Positions 46,270-56,577 are shown, counted from the first letter of the stretch. The stretch is 64,000 nt of DNA from Candidatus Poribacteria bacterium (GCA_965242965.1 OZ251518.1:4128001-4192000), one strand, 5' to 3'. The notes: generated from the sequence alone by a model not told the origin. A program made the numbers and translations.

Positions 46270-46512
46270 ACATGGCGGGGGACAGGCCCCCGCCCTACGT
46301 TTCACCGGAGTTCAAGTAGTGCGAGGGGCTGTCCCTCGCATTCCTGGCACGGCGGGGGACAGGCCCCCGCCCTACGGTGCACCGGGATTCAAGACTCTCT
46401 TTGCGCGTAGTGCGAGGGCCTGGCCCTCGCATTTTGACATGGCGGGGGACAGGCCCCCGCCCTACGTTTCAAGGACACGCAGATGGCGGGGGACAGGCCC
46501 CCGCCCTACGGG
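46270..46512. repeat. REP mosaic
   Basis: GGCGGGGGACAGGCCCCCGCCCTAC x4. Confidence 0.9.
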
Positions 46513-46537
46513 ACAATATATGAGGAAAATCAACATC

Positions 46538-47818
46538 ATGTCAACCTATATTGCATACGGCGGCAAAGACACCGTCATCACAACCGAAGAAAAACGGGAA
46601 TTGCTCCACGAGGCGTTGCAGAAGCGGGGAGGTATCCCGAAAAAGATTTTAGTCGTTCCGCCGGATATGACGCGCCTCCACTCCAACGCCGGTGAACTCA
46701 CCCGAATTCTCTATGAACTCTGGGATGCGGCAAACGGTGATGTCTTTGATATCCTCCCTGCTACAGGCACGCACGCACCGATGACTCCCACGCAACACAC
46801 CGAAATGTACGGAGAATTGCCGAAGGCAATGTATCACGTGCATAATTGGCGGAGCGGGCTCCACCACTTCGGCGAGGTGCCGTCCGAATTTGTGCGAGAG
46901 GTTTCAGGCGGGAAAGTCAACTATCCGATTCCGGTTTCTGTCAATCACCGGCTCGTGGAGGGATATTATGACATGATGCTCTCTGTCGGACAAGTAATTC
47001 CGCACGAGGTTGTCGGCATTGCGAACGGGTTTAAGAACATTCTCATCGGCACAGGCGGCGTGGAGACGATTAACAAATCGCATTTCTTGGGGGCAGTGGA
47101 CGGCATGGAGCGGCTGATGGGACGCACCGATACCTCCGTACGGAAGGTGCTGAACTACGCGCACGCGCACTATCTCAAGCAACTCGGCATTGTCTATGTC
47201 ATGAGTGTCATGGATGTCGATACCGATAGCAACCGCGTCATGCGTGGGCTTTACGTCGGCGACGATGCGGATACCTTTGCGCGCGCCGCCGAATTGAGCC
47301 GCGCTGTGAACCTCACATTTTTAGATGCGCCGTTAGAGAAGGCAGTTGTCTACTTGGATGCGAGGGAATTTAAAAGCACGTGGCTCGGCAACAAGGCGAT
47401 TTACCGCACCCGCATGGCGATGGCGGATAACGGCACCCTGGTCATTATCGCGCCCGGGGTTCGCGAATTCGGCGAAGATGCCGAGATCGACCGGCTCATC
47501 CGCAAATACGGCTACCGCGGCACGGAGACAACCCTCAACGCTGTCGCCGAAAACGCTGAGTTGCGGGAGAACCTCTCCGCCGCAGCGCATCTCATCCATG
47601 GCAGCACCGAGGGGCGTTTCAAGGTTATCTATGCCCCTGGGCATCTCACGCAGGCAGAAATCGAATCGGTGGGTTATGAATGGGCACCCCTAGACGAAAC
47701 CCTCGCGAAATATAACCCTGAAACGCTTGCCGATGGGTTTCACGATGATGGTTTTTTCTATATTAGTGAACCGGGGCAAGGGTTGTGGGCGTTGCGTTCG
47801 CGGTTTGATTCCAAATAA
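46538..47818 (+). CDS. Lactate racemase (LarA/DUF2088) domain protein
   Basis: LVVPPDMTR, ATGTHAPMT, HVHNW, IPHEVVG. Confidence 0.85.
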   Translation: MSTYIAYGGKDTVITTEEKRELLHEALQKRGGIPKKILVVPPDMTRLHSNAGELTRILYELWDAANGDVFDILPATGTHAPMTPTQHTEMYGELPKAMYHVHNWRSGLHHFGEVPSEFVREVSGGKVNYPIPVSVNHRLVEGYYDMMLSVGQVIPHEVVGIANGFKNILIGTGGVETINKSHFLGAVDGMERLMGRTDTSVRKVLNYAHAHYLKQLGIVYVMSVMDVDTDSNRVMRGLYVGDDADTFARAAELSRAVNLTFLDAPLEKAVVYLDAREFKSTWLGNKAIYRTRMAMADNGTLVIIAPGVREFGEDAEIDRLIRKYGYRGTETTLNAVAENAELRENLSAAAHLIHGSTEGRFKVIYAPGHLTQAEIESVGYEWAPLDETLAKYNPETLADGFHDDGFFYISEPGQGLWALRSRFDSK

Positions 47819-47834
47819 CCGTTTCCGCGCGATT

Positions 47835-48571
47835 TCCCCGTAGGAGAGACCTCCTGGTCTCGATTTCTTCCCATCGGCGCGCCGTCCCAGTCTTGATGCA
47901 ATAGGGTGGCGCGCCTACCGGGGCCGCGGCGGCAGAAGGTCCCCTTTCATCATAGGGCGAGGGCCTGTCCCTCGCCATCGCTCGCTCGCCAGGCCCTGTA
48001 AGTCAGGATCGCCTGATCCTGACCTGTTTGTGATCAGGCGATCACAAACTACAGATGGGGAAACACACATCGTGACGATGGACAACGCGGGGGACAGGCA
48101 ACCGCGATACGAAACAAAACGCCCTTTCACCGTAGGGCGAGGGCCTGTCCCTCGCCATCGTTCGCACTACGGAAAAAACGTCTCTTGTTCTCTTCAGGTC
48201 CGTAGGACCTTAATGTCTATAGCACGCGCGAACGCGAAGAACCCTAAGGTCCTTTAGGTCCTTAATAGCTTTTGACATGCCGCACGTTTTTTATTAAGGT
48301 CCTAACGGACCTTGAAAACGTAACGACACGTGCTGCTATAGACATGTAGGTCCTAACGGACCTAAAACGCCACCGCTTGACGCTGGCCAACGCGGGGGAC
48401 AGGCCCCCGCGCTACGGGAACATCAAGACCTGGAGGTCTCTCCTACGGGGAGGCATCGAGACCAGGAGGTCTCTCCTACGGGGAGGGCCTGCCCACCGGC
48501 AATTCCCCATTTTTTCACCGTAGCGCGGGGGCCTGTCCCCCGCGACGTTGAGCGAGTTATGAAACACCCTC
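47835..48571. repeat. REP mosaic with AGGTCC/CTATAG element (about 48194-48366), ending in a right TIR
   Basis: TTATGAAACACCCTC at about 48557-48571. Confidence 0.9.
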
Positions 48572-48573
48572 CT

Positions 48574-49668
48574 TTAATTTCTCCCCCACGCATTTGCCAC
48601 GATAACCAAATCCAACACATTCACCACGCCATCGCCGTTGGCATCGGCAGGATGCTTCCCAGTCTGTCCGAAATTTGAGGCAATCAACATCAAATCCAGA
48701 ATGTTCACGCTTCCATCGCCGTTCACATCGCCAGAGAGTGTCTCTTCCTGTGTATCCGTTGGCAGAGCAGCTGTCGTAAGCGCAAGATCAAACGTCAGTT
48801 CCTCAATCACCGGCACGTTCGTTGCGGCGAGCTCCTTCTCATAACTCCATATCTCATTCCCAAGCGGTGTGAGTCGAGCATAGATATCGGCACTGAGGAC
48901 AACGTCTAGGCCATAAAGGAGTTCAGCCTCGTAGACGCTTTGGATACGCGCAGCATCGCCACCGGGGATAGCGATGGGCTGCCCTTCACTCGTGATGGAT
49001 ACCCCGTTCACTACCAACGCTTTTCCGACTAAACTTCTGTGACTGGAGAGGTCTGCGTGAGCAACGATACCGGCATCCAAGGAGTTCTTGATAATCCTCT
49101 TTAGGAGCTCTTTAGCGATTGTCCCAAGCGGCGTAGTCGTGTCTAAAATGGCAGACCCGAGTTCAACAGCACCGAGCTCCACGCTCACAATATTGAGAAG
49201 GTCTGTTTCAAGTCGGACCGGGGTAGTGTCGTCGAGGAGAAATCCGTTGAATGTTTGTGATTCGTTCCATTCTTTCGCCGTGGTGAGACGGGATATCTCC
49301 ATGCTACGCCTGATGTCAATATCGCCATCTTCTTCCCAGAATGCAAGAGGGATAGCGAAGTCCAAATCGAGGGTGCCGCGGGTTGTGACGCTGCCGTTGG
49401 TGCTAAGCGATGCGCTGGTGCTACGCACGGTAATTGTCTCGGAATCCTGGGCGAAATTCATGTCGCCTGTGACAGATGCCGCGATGGTTTCAGTGCCGAA
49501 TTCCATGCTGAGCGCGAGGGCGATGGCACCGCCTATCGTGTAATCCCAAGTCAGGCTATCGCCAAAGGGCTTTAAGGTGGCATCGTAGGTGACAGATTCG
49601 GCGGCACCGAGGCGGACGGTGAAAAAGAAGCATGTGAACATTAAAACGAAAGCAGCGGTAGGTTTCAT
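48574..49668 (-). CDS. Secreted protein with C-terminal dockerin-like domain
   Basis: Signal peptide; GDVNGDGSVNILDL..FG..ADANGDGVVNVLDL. Confidence 0.85.
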   Translation of the reverse strand: MKPTAAFVLMFTCFFFTVRLGAAESVTYDATLKPFGDSLTWDYTIGGAIALALSMEFGTETIAASVTGDMNFAQDSETITVRSTSASLSTNGSVTTRGTLDLDFAIPLAFWEEDGDIDIRRSMEISRLTTAKEWNESQTFNGFLLDDTTPVRLETDLLNIVSVELGAVELGSAILDTTTPLGTIAKELLKRIIKNSLDAGIVAHADLSSHRSLVGKALVVNGVSITSEGQPIAIPGGDAARIQSVYEAELLYGLDVVLSADIYARLTPLGNEIWSYEKELAATNVPVIEELTFDLALTTAALPTDTQEETLSGDVNGDGSVNILDLMLIASNFGQTGKHPADANGDGVVNVLDLVIVANAWGRN

Positions 49669-50342
49669 CGGTTTTTCCTCTCGAAAAGTTCGGGTGAGAC
49701 ACCGGTGTTGACTTCATAGTTGGCGATGCGATTAATCAGGACGCGGTTTGATACGGGAAAGAGACTTCGCGTTTCAACCGGCAAAAAGGAGCCACTGTTG
49801 CCGGGCGCATAGTGAAACTGCGTCCGGACAAATTCAGTGGCATCGAAAAAGTAGGTGAGTTGCACCACGTTCCAATTCTGCGGCGATATCCAGAGTCGCG
49901 CCTGCATTTCGGGCTTCTCGGCATCCGTGATTTCAAGAACGTAATATTCCTGTCCGCTGAGTAGTTCTCGTTTCGCTTGCAGCCGCAGCTCCAGTGTGTT
50001 GAAGCGTTTGAGGGAGCTAAGCAGTTCAACGCGGAAAATGCCGCGGGATGTCCCACCGATGTTCTGAACGGCGTGTTCCCCCGGCTTCCGATAAAAAAGG
50101 TTGAAAACAGCTTGCGGGGGCTGCCGCTCAAACAGACTGCCGGATACTTCAAGGGAATCGGTGGCATAGGTATGAACGACAGCGGCGTAGTCATCAATTT
50201 CTTCATAGACTTGCAATGCGTTGTCCATTACCTCCTGCGCGGTGGGGGCAGTTGTTGCTGTTGCCGGGCGCGCTAGCAGCACCGCACCGATGAGGAGCAG
50301 GCTAAGTATCACCAGCCTGTTTCTAGCATCATGGCTTATCAT
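49665..50342 (-). CDS. LolA-like outer-membrane lipoprotein carrier/sorting family protein
   Basis: AAGGAGG RBS before ATG 50342; YEEIDDYAA, FYRKPG, RLWIS, NYEVNTGVSPELF. Confidence 0.7.
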   Translation of the reverse strand: MISHDARNRLVILSLLLIGAVLLARPATATTAPTAQEVMDNALQVYEEIDDYAAVVHTYATDSLEVSGSLFERQPPQAVFNLFYRKPGEHAVQNIGGTSRGIFRVELLSSLKRFNTLELRLQAKRELLSGQEYYVLEITDAEKPEMQARLWISPQNWNVVQLTYFFDATEFVRTQFHYAPGNSGSFLPVETRSLFPVSNRVLINRIANYEVNTGVSPELFERKNR

Positions 50343-50362
50343 GGTATCCTCCTTAATGAACT

Positions 50363-51024
50363 GAGGGTGTTTCATATCTCGATGGTTTCCCGGTAGGAGA
50401 GACCTCCTGGTCTCGATTTCTACCGCCCTGTCTCAATTTTTTCCTGTCGGCGCGCCATCCCGGCCTCGATGTTCCCGTAGCGCGGGGGCCCTCGGATGCC
50501 AGACGCGCATGCGAGCGGGTTTCCCCCGCGATCTCCATCGTCAAAAGGTGGCGTTTTAGGTCCTTTAGGACCTACATGTCTATAGAAAAACGTGCCGTTA
50601 CGTTGTCAAGGTCCTTTAGGTCCTTAATAAAAAACACACGGTAAGGCAAAATCTATTAAGGACCTAAAGAACCTTAGAGTCTTTTGCGTTTCGGCTGCTA
50701 TAGACATTCAGGTCCTACAGACCTGAAGAGAACAAGAGACGTTTTTCCGGCGCGCGAACGGTGGCGAGGGAAACCCGCTCGCATGCGCGTATGGCATCCG
50801 AGGGCCCACGCCCTACGATGAAGGGGCTTTCTGTCGTCGCGGCCCCAGTAGGCGCGCCGCCCTATTGCATCGAGACCGGGAGGTCTCTCCTACCGGAAGG
50901 CATTGAGACCAGGAGGTCTCTCCTACGGGGACATCGCCTGCATCGAGACCGGGAGGGCCCGCCGACGCAATGCGAACAGGAAACTTCCTAATCCTGCTAA
51001 TCCTATAATCTTGGAAATCCTGCT
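50363..51024. repeat. REP mosaic with left TIR, AGGTCC/CTATAG element (about 50554-50725) and 9-bp tandem
   Basis: Direct inspection. Confidence 0.9.
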
Positions 51025-51747
51025 TCAGAACAGCAGCTCCTGCAATTCCGCTAACTCCTGAATCGTCTCGGGCCAAATGCCGGCCTGCACTCCGTCCCGG
51101 TCGATGAGAATTGCGCGAATGCCCACGCCTTGCGCGCCGATGATGTCCGCCGCGTAGGTATCGCCGACATGGACAACCTCTCCTGCCGAAACGCCCACCG
51201 CCTCCATCGCGTAACGGAAAATGCCCGGGTCTGGCTTCGCAGACTTGACGCGCGTGTCATGCGACGCGACTATCGCGTCAAAATAGTGCATGATGCCGAG
51301 GCGTTCGGTGAGGGGATGCAGCGGCGTATCCCAATTAGAGACGATGGCGAGTTTCAACCCGTTCGCCTTGAGTTGCTGCAGCGTTGGAATGACATCGTCG
51401 TAAAGCGTCGCATCACTCGCAGCAAAGAGCGAGTGTTCATATTGCAACAGTTCCCATGCCATCTGTTCCCGCAGTGCTTGTTGCGAGCGGGAGGGCTCTC
51501 CTACCGGCAGGAGTTGCTCGACAAATTCGCAATAACTGTCCACGATTTCTCGCATTGTCTCCAGAAGGTTGTGCGTGCCCGGGTCTGAGGCGGATGCTTC
51601 GGCGTAGAGATTCGCGCGTGCCGCTGCGTAGTTGTCCCAATTAAGTTGGACCTGATACCGGTCGGCAACTTTTTGGAGTTTCGTTTTGAGCGGTTGCGCC
51701 CAGTAGCATAAGGTCCAGTAGAAATCAAAGAAGACTGCTTTTATCAT
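51025..51747 (-). CDS. HAD-superfamily hydrolase (IA)
   Basis: IKAVFFDFYWTL, AIVSNWD, KPDPGIF, HVGDTYAADIIGA. Confidence 0.9.
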   Translation of the reverse strand: MIKAVFFDFYWTLCYWAQPLKTKLQKVADRYQVQLNWDNYAAARANLYAEASASDPGTHNLLETMREIVDSYCEFVEQLLPVGEPSRSQQALREQMAWELLQYEHSLFAASDATLYDDVIPTLQQLKANGLKLAIVSNWDTPLHPLTERLGIMHYFDAIVASHDTRVKSAKPDPGIFRYAMEAVGVSAGEVVHVGDTYAADIIGAQGVGIRAILIDRDGVQAGIWPETIQELAELQELLF

Positions 51748-51817
51748 GATTGTATGCCAAATTAACCTCTGCCCTGAAGACCAAACGGTCAAGAGCATCG
51801 AGACCGGGAGGTCTCTC

Positions 51818-52504
51818 CTACCGGTAACGCGTCGGATCGGGGATACCTGCCTCCGCAAAACCCCTCTTTCGGAGCAGACAACTATCGCAGCTGCCGCAGG
51901 CAGTGCCATCTGCACCCGGGTCATAGCAACTCAGCGTGAGGCTATAATCCACTCCGAGTTTCGCGCCGATTTGGATAATCTCCGCTTTCGTTTTGTCAAT
52001 GAGCGGCGTGCGGATTACAAGTTCGGTTCGTCCTTCTACGCCTGCGCGCGTCGCCAAATTCGCCATCGTCTGGTAAGCGTGGATGTATTCCGGACGGCAA
52101 TCGGGATAACCGCTGTAATCGAGGGCGTTGACACCGATGAAAATGGTATCGGCGGCAAGCACTTCTGCCCACGCGAGCGCGTAGGAAAGGAAAATGGTGT
52201 TTCGAGCCGGCACGTAGGTTATCGGGATGTCTTCTCCCATCTCCGCCTCCGAACGGTGCTTCGGCACCTCAATGTCTGCTGTCAACGCCGATGCGCCGAA
52301 CGTGCGAAGATCGATGTCAACAACGGTGTGCTGTTTGACACCCATCGCCTTCGCGATATTTTCGGCGCATGCCAACTCAACTTTGTGGCGTTGCCCGTAT
52401 CGGAAACTCATCGCATAGGCATCGTAGCCTTCAGCCAGCGCGATGGCGAGTGTGGTGGTGGAATCAATGCCGCCGCTGAGTAAGAGGACTGCTGTTTTGG
52501 TCAA
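51818..52504 (-). CDS. queC: 7-cyano-7-deazaguanine synthase
   Basis: [38 protein letters not shown]. Confidence 0.97.
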   Translation of the reverse strand: MTKTAVLLLSGGIDSTTTLAIALAEGYDAYAMSFRYGQRHKVELACAENIAKAMGVKQHTVVDIDLRTFGASALTADIEVPKHRSEAEMGEDIPITYVPARNTIFLSYALAWAEVLAADTIFIGVNALDYSGYPDCRPEYIHAYQTMANLATRAGVEGRTELVIRTPLIDKTKAEIIQIGAKLGVDYSLTLSCYDPGADGTACGSCDSCLLRKRGFAEAGIPDPTRYR

Positions 52505-52544
52505 TTTTTATCCTTTCTTTTTTTCATTACTTTTATCTATACAT

Positions 52545-52691
52545 GAGGGTGTTTCATAACTCCGTTTCGGTATTTATTCCCCCTTGGGGAGCGGGCGACT
52601 ACCGAGAGGGCATCGAGACCGGGAGGTCTCTCCTACCAGCAATAGCGCAGGGGCCTGTCACCGCGACGTTGAGCGATTATGAAACACCCTC
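52545..52691. mobile_element. Short MITE-like element (147 bp) with perfect TIRs
   Basis: GAGGGTGTTTCATAA ... TTATGAAACACCCTC. Confidence 0.7.
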
Positions 52692-52699
52692 ATCCATAC

Positions 52700-53000
52700 A
52701 TCGTAGGGCGAGGGCCTGTCCCTCGCCACGCCGCGGTTTGAACGAAAATCTCTTCCCTCTTCTGTTGAGCGCGCGAGGGACAGGCATGCGCCTTACGAAG
52801 GCAGAGTATTTTTTGCCTAGTTCGGCGACTCGCGAGGGACAGGCCCTCGCGCTACGGGGACTGAGAACGCGGCGAATCGCGAGGGACAGGCCCTCGCGCT
52901 ACGGGGACTGATAGCGCGGCGCATCGCGAGGGACAGGCCCTCGCGCTACGGAAACCGAGGGCGCGGACACATACGAGGGACAGGCCCTCGCGCTACGGTG
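52700..53000. repeat. REP array (CGAGGGACAGGCCCTCGCGCTACGG x4)
   Basis: Regular ~48-bp spacing at 52830-52998. Confidence 0.88.
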
Positions 53001-53029
53001 CCCGAGGGCCGCTTTCTCGTCTCGCGTGG

Positions 53030-53557
53030 TTACGCCTTCTCAAACTCTAATTTGGCGAAGCGGAGGAAAATCCCGCCGCCCGGCTTACCGAAAGGCCCGT
53101 TGACAGCCAAGCAGGCGATGACATGCTTCGTTCCCGGTTCCGCGCTTTCGGAAACGACGACGCGCTGCGGTGCATTGAAACCTGAAGCGGCACCGCGCCC
53201 CGATTTCCCGAACGCCAGATCGATGGTGCCATCAACCCAGACCTCGCCGTAATCATCGATGCACGTGTGAAACCACACCTTTGAACCAGCGACTGAAACC
53301 CCATCGACTTCTTCGGGAAGCGTGACGGTAATCCGATACCATCCGAAGCAGAGGCCCGATAAGATAATCTCTTGGATATTCTCACAGATACCCCAGCCAG
53401 AGTCGTCGTATTCTGCGAGACGGGCAGGCGTTTCCGCGAGTCTATCGACGAGGCCGCCGTTCGGTTCACCGGGGACGAGCCCATCGGCGTAACGCCACTG
53501 CGCGTTAGTGAGTTGGAGGTGTTCCGCGTTTTCTAAATCCAATTCTGCAATAATCAT
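53030..53557 (-). CDS. Hypothetical protein, galactose-binding/GH2 sugar-binding-like fold
   Basis: AAGGAG RBS; YDDSGW, FGWYRITVTLP, IDDYGEVWVDG, LAVNGP. Confidence 0.7.
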   Translation of the reverse strand: MIIAELDLENAEHLQLTNAQWRYADGLVPGEPNGGLVDRLAETPARLAEYDDSGWGICENIQEIILSGLCFGWYRITVTLPEEVDGVSVAGSKVWFHTCIDDYGEVWVDGTIDLAFGKSGRGAASGFNAPQRVVVSESAEPGTKHVIACLAVNGPFGKPGGGIFLRFAKLEFEKA

Positions 53558-53679
53558 TGTATCTCCTTTTCGCCCGGGCGGAGATAGAGAGAGCCGCCCG
53601 GACAATTTGTTTAACCATATCTCAAGCTCTGTAGTTCGGGCTCGCCTGAGCCCGAACGGCAGCCGCCCGGACAATGTGT

Positions 53680-54837
53680 TTAACCATCTCGCCAAAGCTG
53701 ATAAGCAATGGCTGTTGAAACCATCAGGAAAATGCCTGAGACAATAAATGGCATCTGAATCGAGAAGTTCACCAGAAACCCGCTGGCAACGTAACCCGCA
53801 AGAAATCCGGTACTCCATGCCAAGTGTGTTATTCCGACACCGTGCCCTTTTTCATCGGGCGCGGTGAATTCGTTGATAAAGCGCGGGATAGTCGTTGACA
53901 ATGCCCACGCTGCGCCAGTGCCAAGCACGCCGAACATCTCAAGGGCGACGAGCGACTGATGAGAGAATACCAAGCCGAAAGCAAGCAGCGTCACGAGGCA
54001 GTTTGCTACAAAGGCAGGCGCGCGGTGCCCAAAAGTATCACAGAGTTTCCCTGTAGCCAGTTGGCACCCGAAAGCGAACAACAAACTGATTGCGCCGTAA
54101 TAACCGGTAGTTTTGACACCGGCTATCCGTGAAATCAGCACGGGCATCAGCAGATTCACGGAGCCCCAATAGTAGGTTGGCAATAGGCGTAAACCGATGA
54201 GCATCCGCATCTCGCGCCGGCGACTCAAGTTCAGATACGCTTGAAATGCGTCTATCCCGAAGGTTTTTGAGCGCGTCTCGCGTGCTTGCCGAACCTTTGG
54301 TAAGAAGAGACACGCCCCTAAAAATAGGATGCCTACCAGTAACACCGCGCCGCCACCGAAAACGCCGTAACCGATGCGCGCAATCACTTCCCCGGCTACT
54401 GCACTGCCGAACGCGCTCCCCAGCGTCGTGCTGATAAAATAGAGTGCCGTTGCCAGGCCTAGTTTATTCGGCGGCACCGCGCTGATGAGGTAAGATTGCC
54501 CACCGGCAGTTTTGAAGCCGGAGGCGATGCCCTCATAACAGAGAATGCCCCAGATAAACAGCGGCGTTTGTGTCGTAAAGAGTCCGCCGATTGCGATTGC
54601 GCCTGTCATGCCGAGGAGCAGCGTGAGTTTTCGTCCAAACCTGTCGCTGAGACTTCCGCCGATAAGTGCGGCTATGCCGCCGAGTCCAATCGGCAATGCG
54701 CGTAGCAACGCTGCAAAGAGCGCGTCTTCCGCCAAAACCTCCTCGGCGTAGACAGGAAATAGCATCAGCACAGGCCCTGTTACCAAGCCGATGACAAACA
54801 CGATGAGGCAGAGGAGAATAAAACCGGAACCCCACAT
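53680..54837 (-). CDS. MFS transporter
   Basis: About 12 TM segments; GSLSDRFGRK motif A; start uncertain. Confidence 0.92.
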   Translation of the reverse strand: MWGSGFILLCLIVFVIGLVTGPVLMLFPVYAEEVLAEDALFAALLRALPIGLGGIAALIGGSLSDRFGRKLTLLLGMTGAIAIGGLFTTQTPLFIWGILCYEGIASGFKTAGGQSYLISAVPPNKLGLATALYFISTTLGSAFGSAVAGEVIARIGYGVFGGGAVLLVGILFLGACLFLPKVRQARETRSKTFGIDAFQAYLNLSRRREMRMLIGLRLLPTYYWGSVNLLMPVLISRIAGVKTTGYYGAISLLFAFGCQLATGKLCDTFGHRAPAFVANCLVTLLAFGLVFSHQSLVALEMFGVLGTGAAWALSTTIPRFINEFTAPDEKGHGVGITHLAWSTGFLAGYVASGFLVNFSIQMPFIVSGIFLMVSTAIAYQLWRDG

Positions 54838-54876
54838 CGGAAAGATACCTCATCGTCCATTTATCCCTACCGGTGA

Positions 54877-56514
54877 CTATCGCAGGGTTTCCGGGAAATA
54901 CCGCATCAGACTCTCCGTGATGTTTGGTGCGGCGGTGCCGAGTCCACAAGCACTCGTCGCCTTCATGACTTCCCCAATTTCTTGGATGTGCGCGCTGTTT
55001 GCTTTGCCGTCAAGCATCTCCGTTAGCCGCTGTGTCCCGATGCGGCATGGGAAACATTTCCCGCACGATTCTTCGGCGAAAAATTCCATCGCGTTGCGCG
55101 CCACGTCTAACATGTCCCGCGTGTCATCAAACACCATAATTCCAGCTGCGCCGAGCATTGCGCCGACTTTTTGGAAACTGGGTTCATCAAGCGTGATGTC
55201 CAAATCCGCGCCTGCGATGAACCCCCCAGAGAGTCCTGCTGAAGTAATCGCCTGGATTGAGCGTCCTGTTTCAGGGCCGCCTGCCCAATCGTAGAGGAGC
55301 GTTTTGAGCGGCAATCCAAACGGGACTTCATAATTCCCCGGCAGCTGAATATCACCGGAGAGGCTAATGATTTTTGTTCCAGCCAAGTCCTCATCGTCAC
55401 TCAGGTTTTGATACCACGCCGCGCCGTGTCGTAGGATTTGTGCGGCGGCAGCGAGCGTCTCCACGTTATTTACTGCAGTCGGGAGGTTTTCAAAGCCGTG
55501 TGTTACAGGATACGGCGGCCTGTTTCTTGGAAAGGGATGCTTCCCCTCAAGGCTATTGAGCAGCGAACCTTCCTCTCCACAGACATAGGCACCTGCGCCT
55601 CTTCGGATATAAATGTGGAAATCAAACCCTGCGCCGAGGATATTCTCGCCGAGCAATCCCGCGGTTTCCGCTTCGGTGATTGCGCGTTCAAGCGTTTTCA
55701 AGGTTTGCGGATATTCATAGCGGAGGTAGATAAACCCGCGCGTCGCGCCCGTTGCGTAAGCGGCGAGCGTCATTCCCTCAAGGACAGCGTGCGGCGCGTA
55801 ATCCAGAATGACTCTGTCCTTAAAACAGCCCGGTTCGCCTTCATCGGCGTTGCAAACGACGGTTTTCGGTTCGCCGGGTGCATTCATAACCGATTCCCAC
55901 TTTGCCCCGGTAGGAAATCCCGCGCCACCTCTGCCTGCGAGTTGGCTATCCTTCAGCGCGGCGATTACCTCGGTTGGAGATGTTGTCACGGCGCGTGTTA
56001 ACCCTTCATAACCGCCGGTGCGTCGGTAACCTGCGAGAGTGTTGCGTTCCGGTTCACGAATCTCTGCAAAGATGCATTCTTCGTGCATGCCCGGATTCGG
56101 CGGCGGCAGCGGCGTGGCGTGAACAGCGAGTGCGTCCACGTTTCTTCCTGTCAACACCGCATCGCCTTTCAAGACTGGCACACAATCGTCGCATCGTCCC
56201 GCGCACGGCATCGGTGTGCCGCCTTCGCTTTTGAGCGCGTCAAGGATTTCTAATCCCCCTTTCAGTCGGCAGACGGGCCCCGTGCAGACGCGCGGGGCAT
56301 TTTTCCCCGGTGACTCGCTCGCAAAGTGGTGATAAAACGTTAACGTGCCGAAAAGTTCCGCCAACGGAATCCGCAGCCCGACTGCGATGTCGCGAAGTGC
56401 CGCTTCTGAAATGAACCCATCTCTATCATGGAAAGCGTGTAACACCGCGAGCAGCGGTGCCGGTGCCTCGCGAAATTGCGCAATCAACGCTTGGTTTGTG
56501 GCGGTGCCGTTCAT
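54877..56514 (-). CDS. NuoE-NuoF-like fusion (NADH-binding flavoprotein, FdsG/FdsB-like)
   Basis: TFYHHF, CTGPVC..CAGRC [2Fe-2S]; GRGGAGFPTG, NADEGEPG, GAGAYVCGEE, ESCGKCFPCRIG, SACGLG. Confidence 0.88.
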   Translation of the reverse strand: MNGTATNQALIAQFREAPAPLLAVLHAFHDRDGFISEAALRDIAVGLRIPLAELFGTLTFYHHFASESPGKNAPRVCTGPVCRLKGGLEILDALKSEGGTPMPCAGRCDDCVPVLKGDAVLTGRNVDALAVHATPLPPPNPGMHEECIFAEIREPERNTLAGYRRTGGYEGLTRAVTTSPTEVIAALKDSQLAGRGGAGFPTGAKWESVMNAPGEPKTVVCNADEGEPGCFKDRVILDYAPHAVLEGMTLAAYATGATRGFIYLRYEYPQTLKTLERAITEAETAGLLGENILGAGFDFHIYIRRGAGAYVCGEEGSLLNSLEGKHPFPRNRPPYPVTHGFENLPTAVNNVETLAAAAQILRHGAAWYQNLSDDEDLAGTKIISLSGDIQLPGNYEVPFGLPLKTLLYDWAGGPETGRSIQAITSAGLSGGFIAGADLDITLDEPSFQKVGAMLGAAGIMVFDDTRDMLDVARNAMEFFAEESCGKCFPCRIGTQRLTEMLDGKANSAHIQEIGEVMKATSACGLGTAAPNITESLMRYFPETLR

Positions 56515-56548
56515 GACGATTTCTCCTTCCGATGAATTTCTTTATGCT

Positions 56549-56577
56549 ATTTTACCAATTTTTCCAATTCATGTCAA
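56549..56577 (-). promoter_or_regulatory. Sigma70 promoter
   Basis: TTGACA-17 bp-TAAAAT with extended -10 TG. Confidence 0.6.

Noticed and set aside
51818-52504. queC as part of a 7-deazaguanine DNA-modification (dpd) or QatC-type defence system
   Set aside because: Canonical length and motifs; the neighbours are a HAD hydrolase and repeats, with no dpdA, TatD or ATPase adjacent.
52830-52998. CRISPR-like array of four ~27-bp repeats with ~20-bp spacers
   Set aside because: The repeat is the window-wide GTAG REP, the spacers resemble each other, and there are no cas genes or leader.
54830-54860. Possible frameshift at the MFS 5' end (alternative start MRYLSDVGFR in another frame)
   Set aside because: The in-frame ATG at 54837 already gives a complete first TM helix; this cannot be decided without orthologues.
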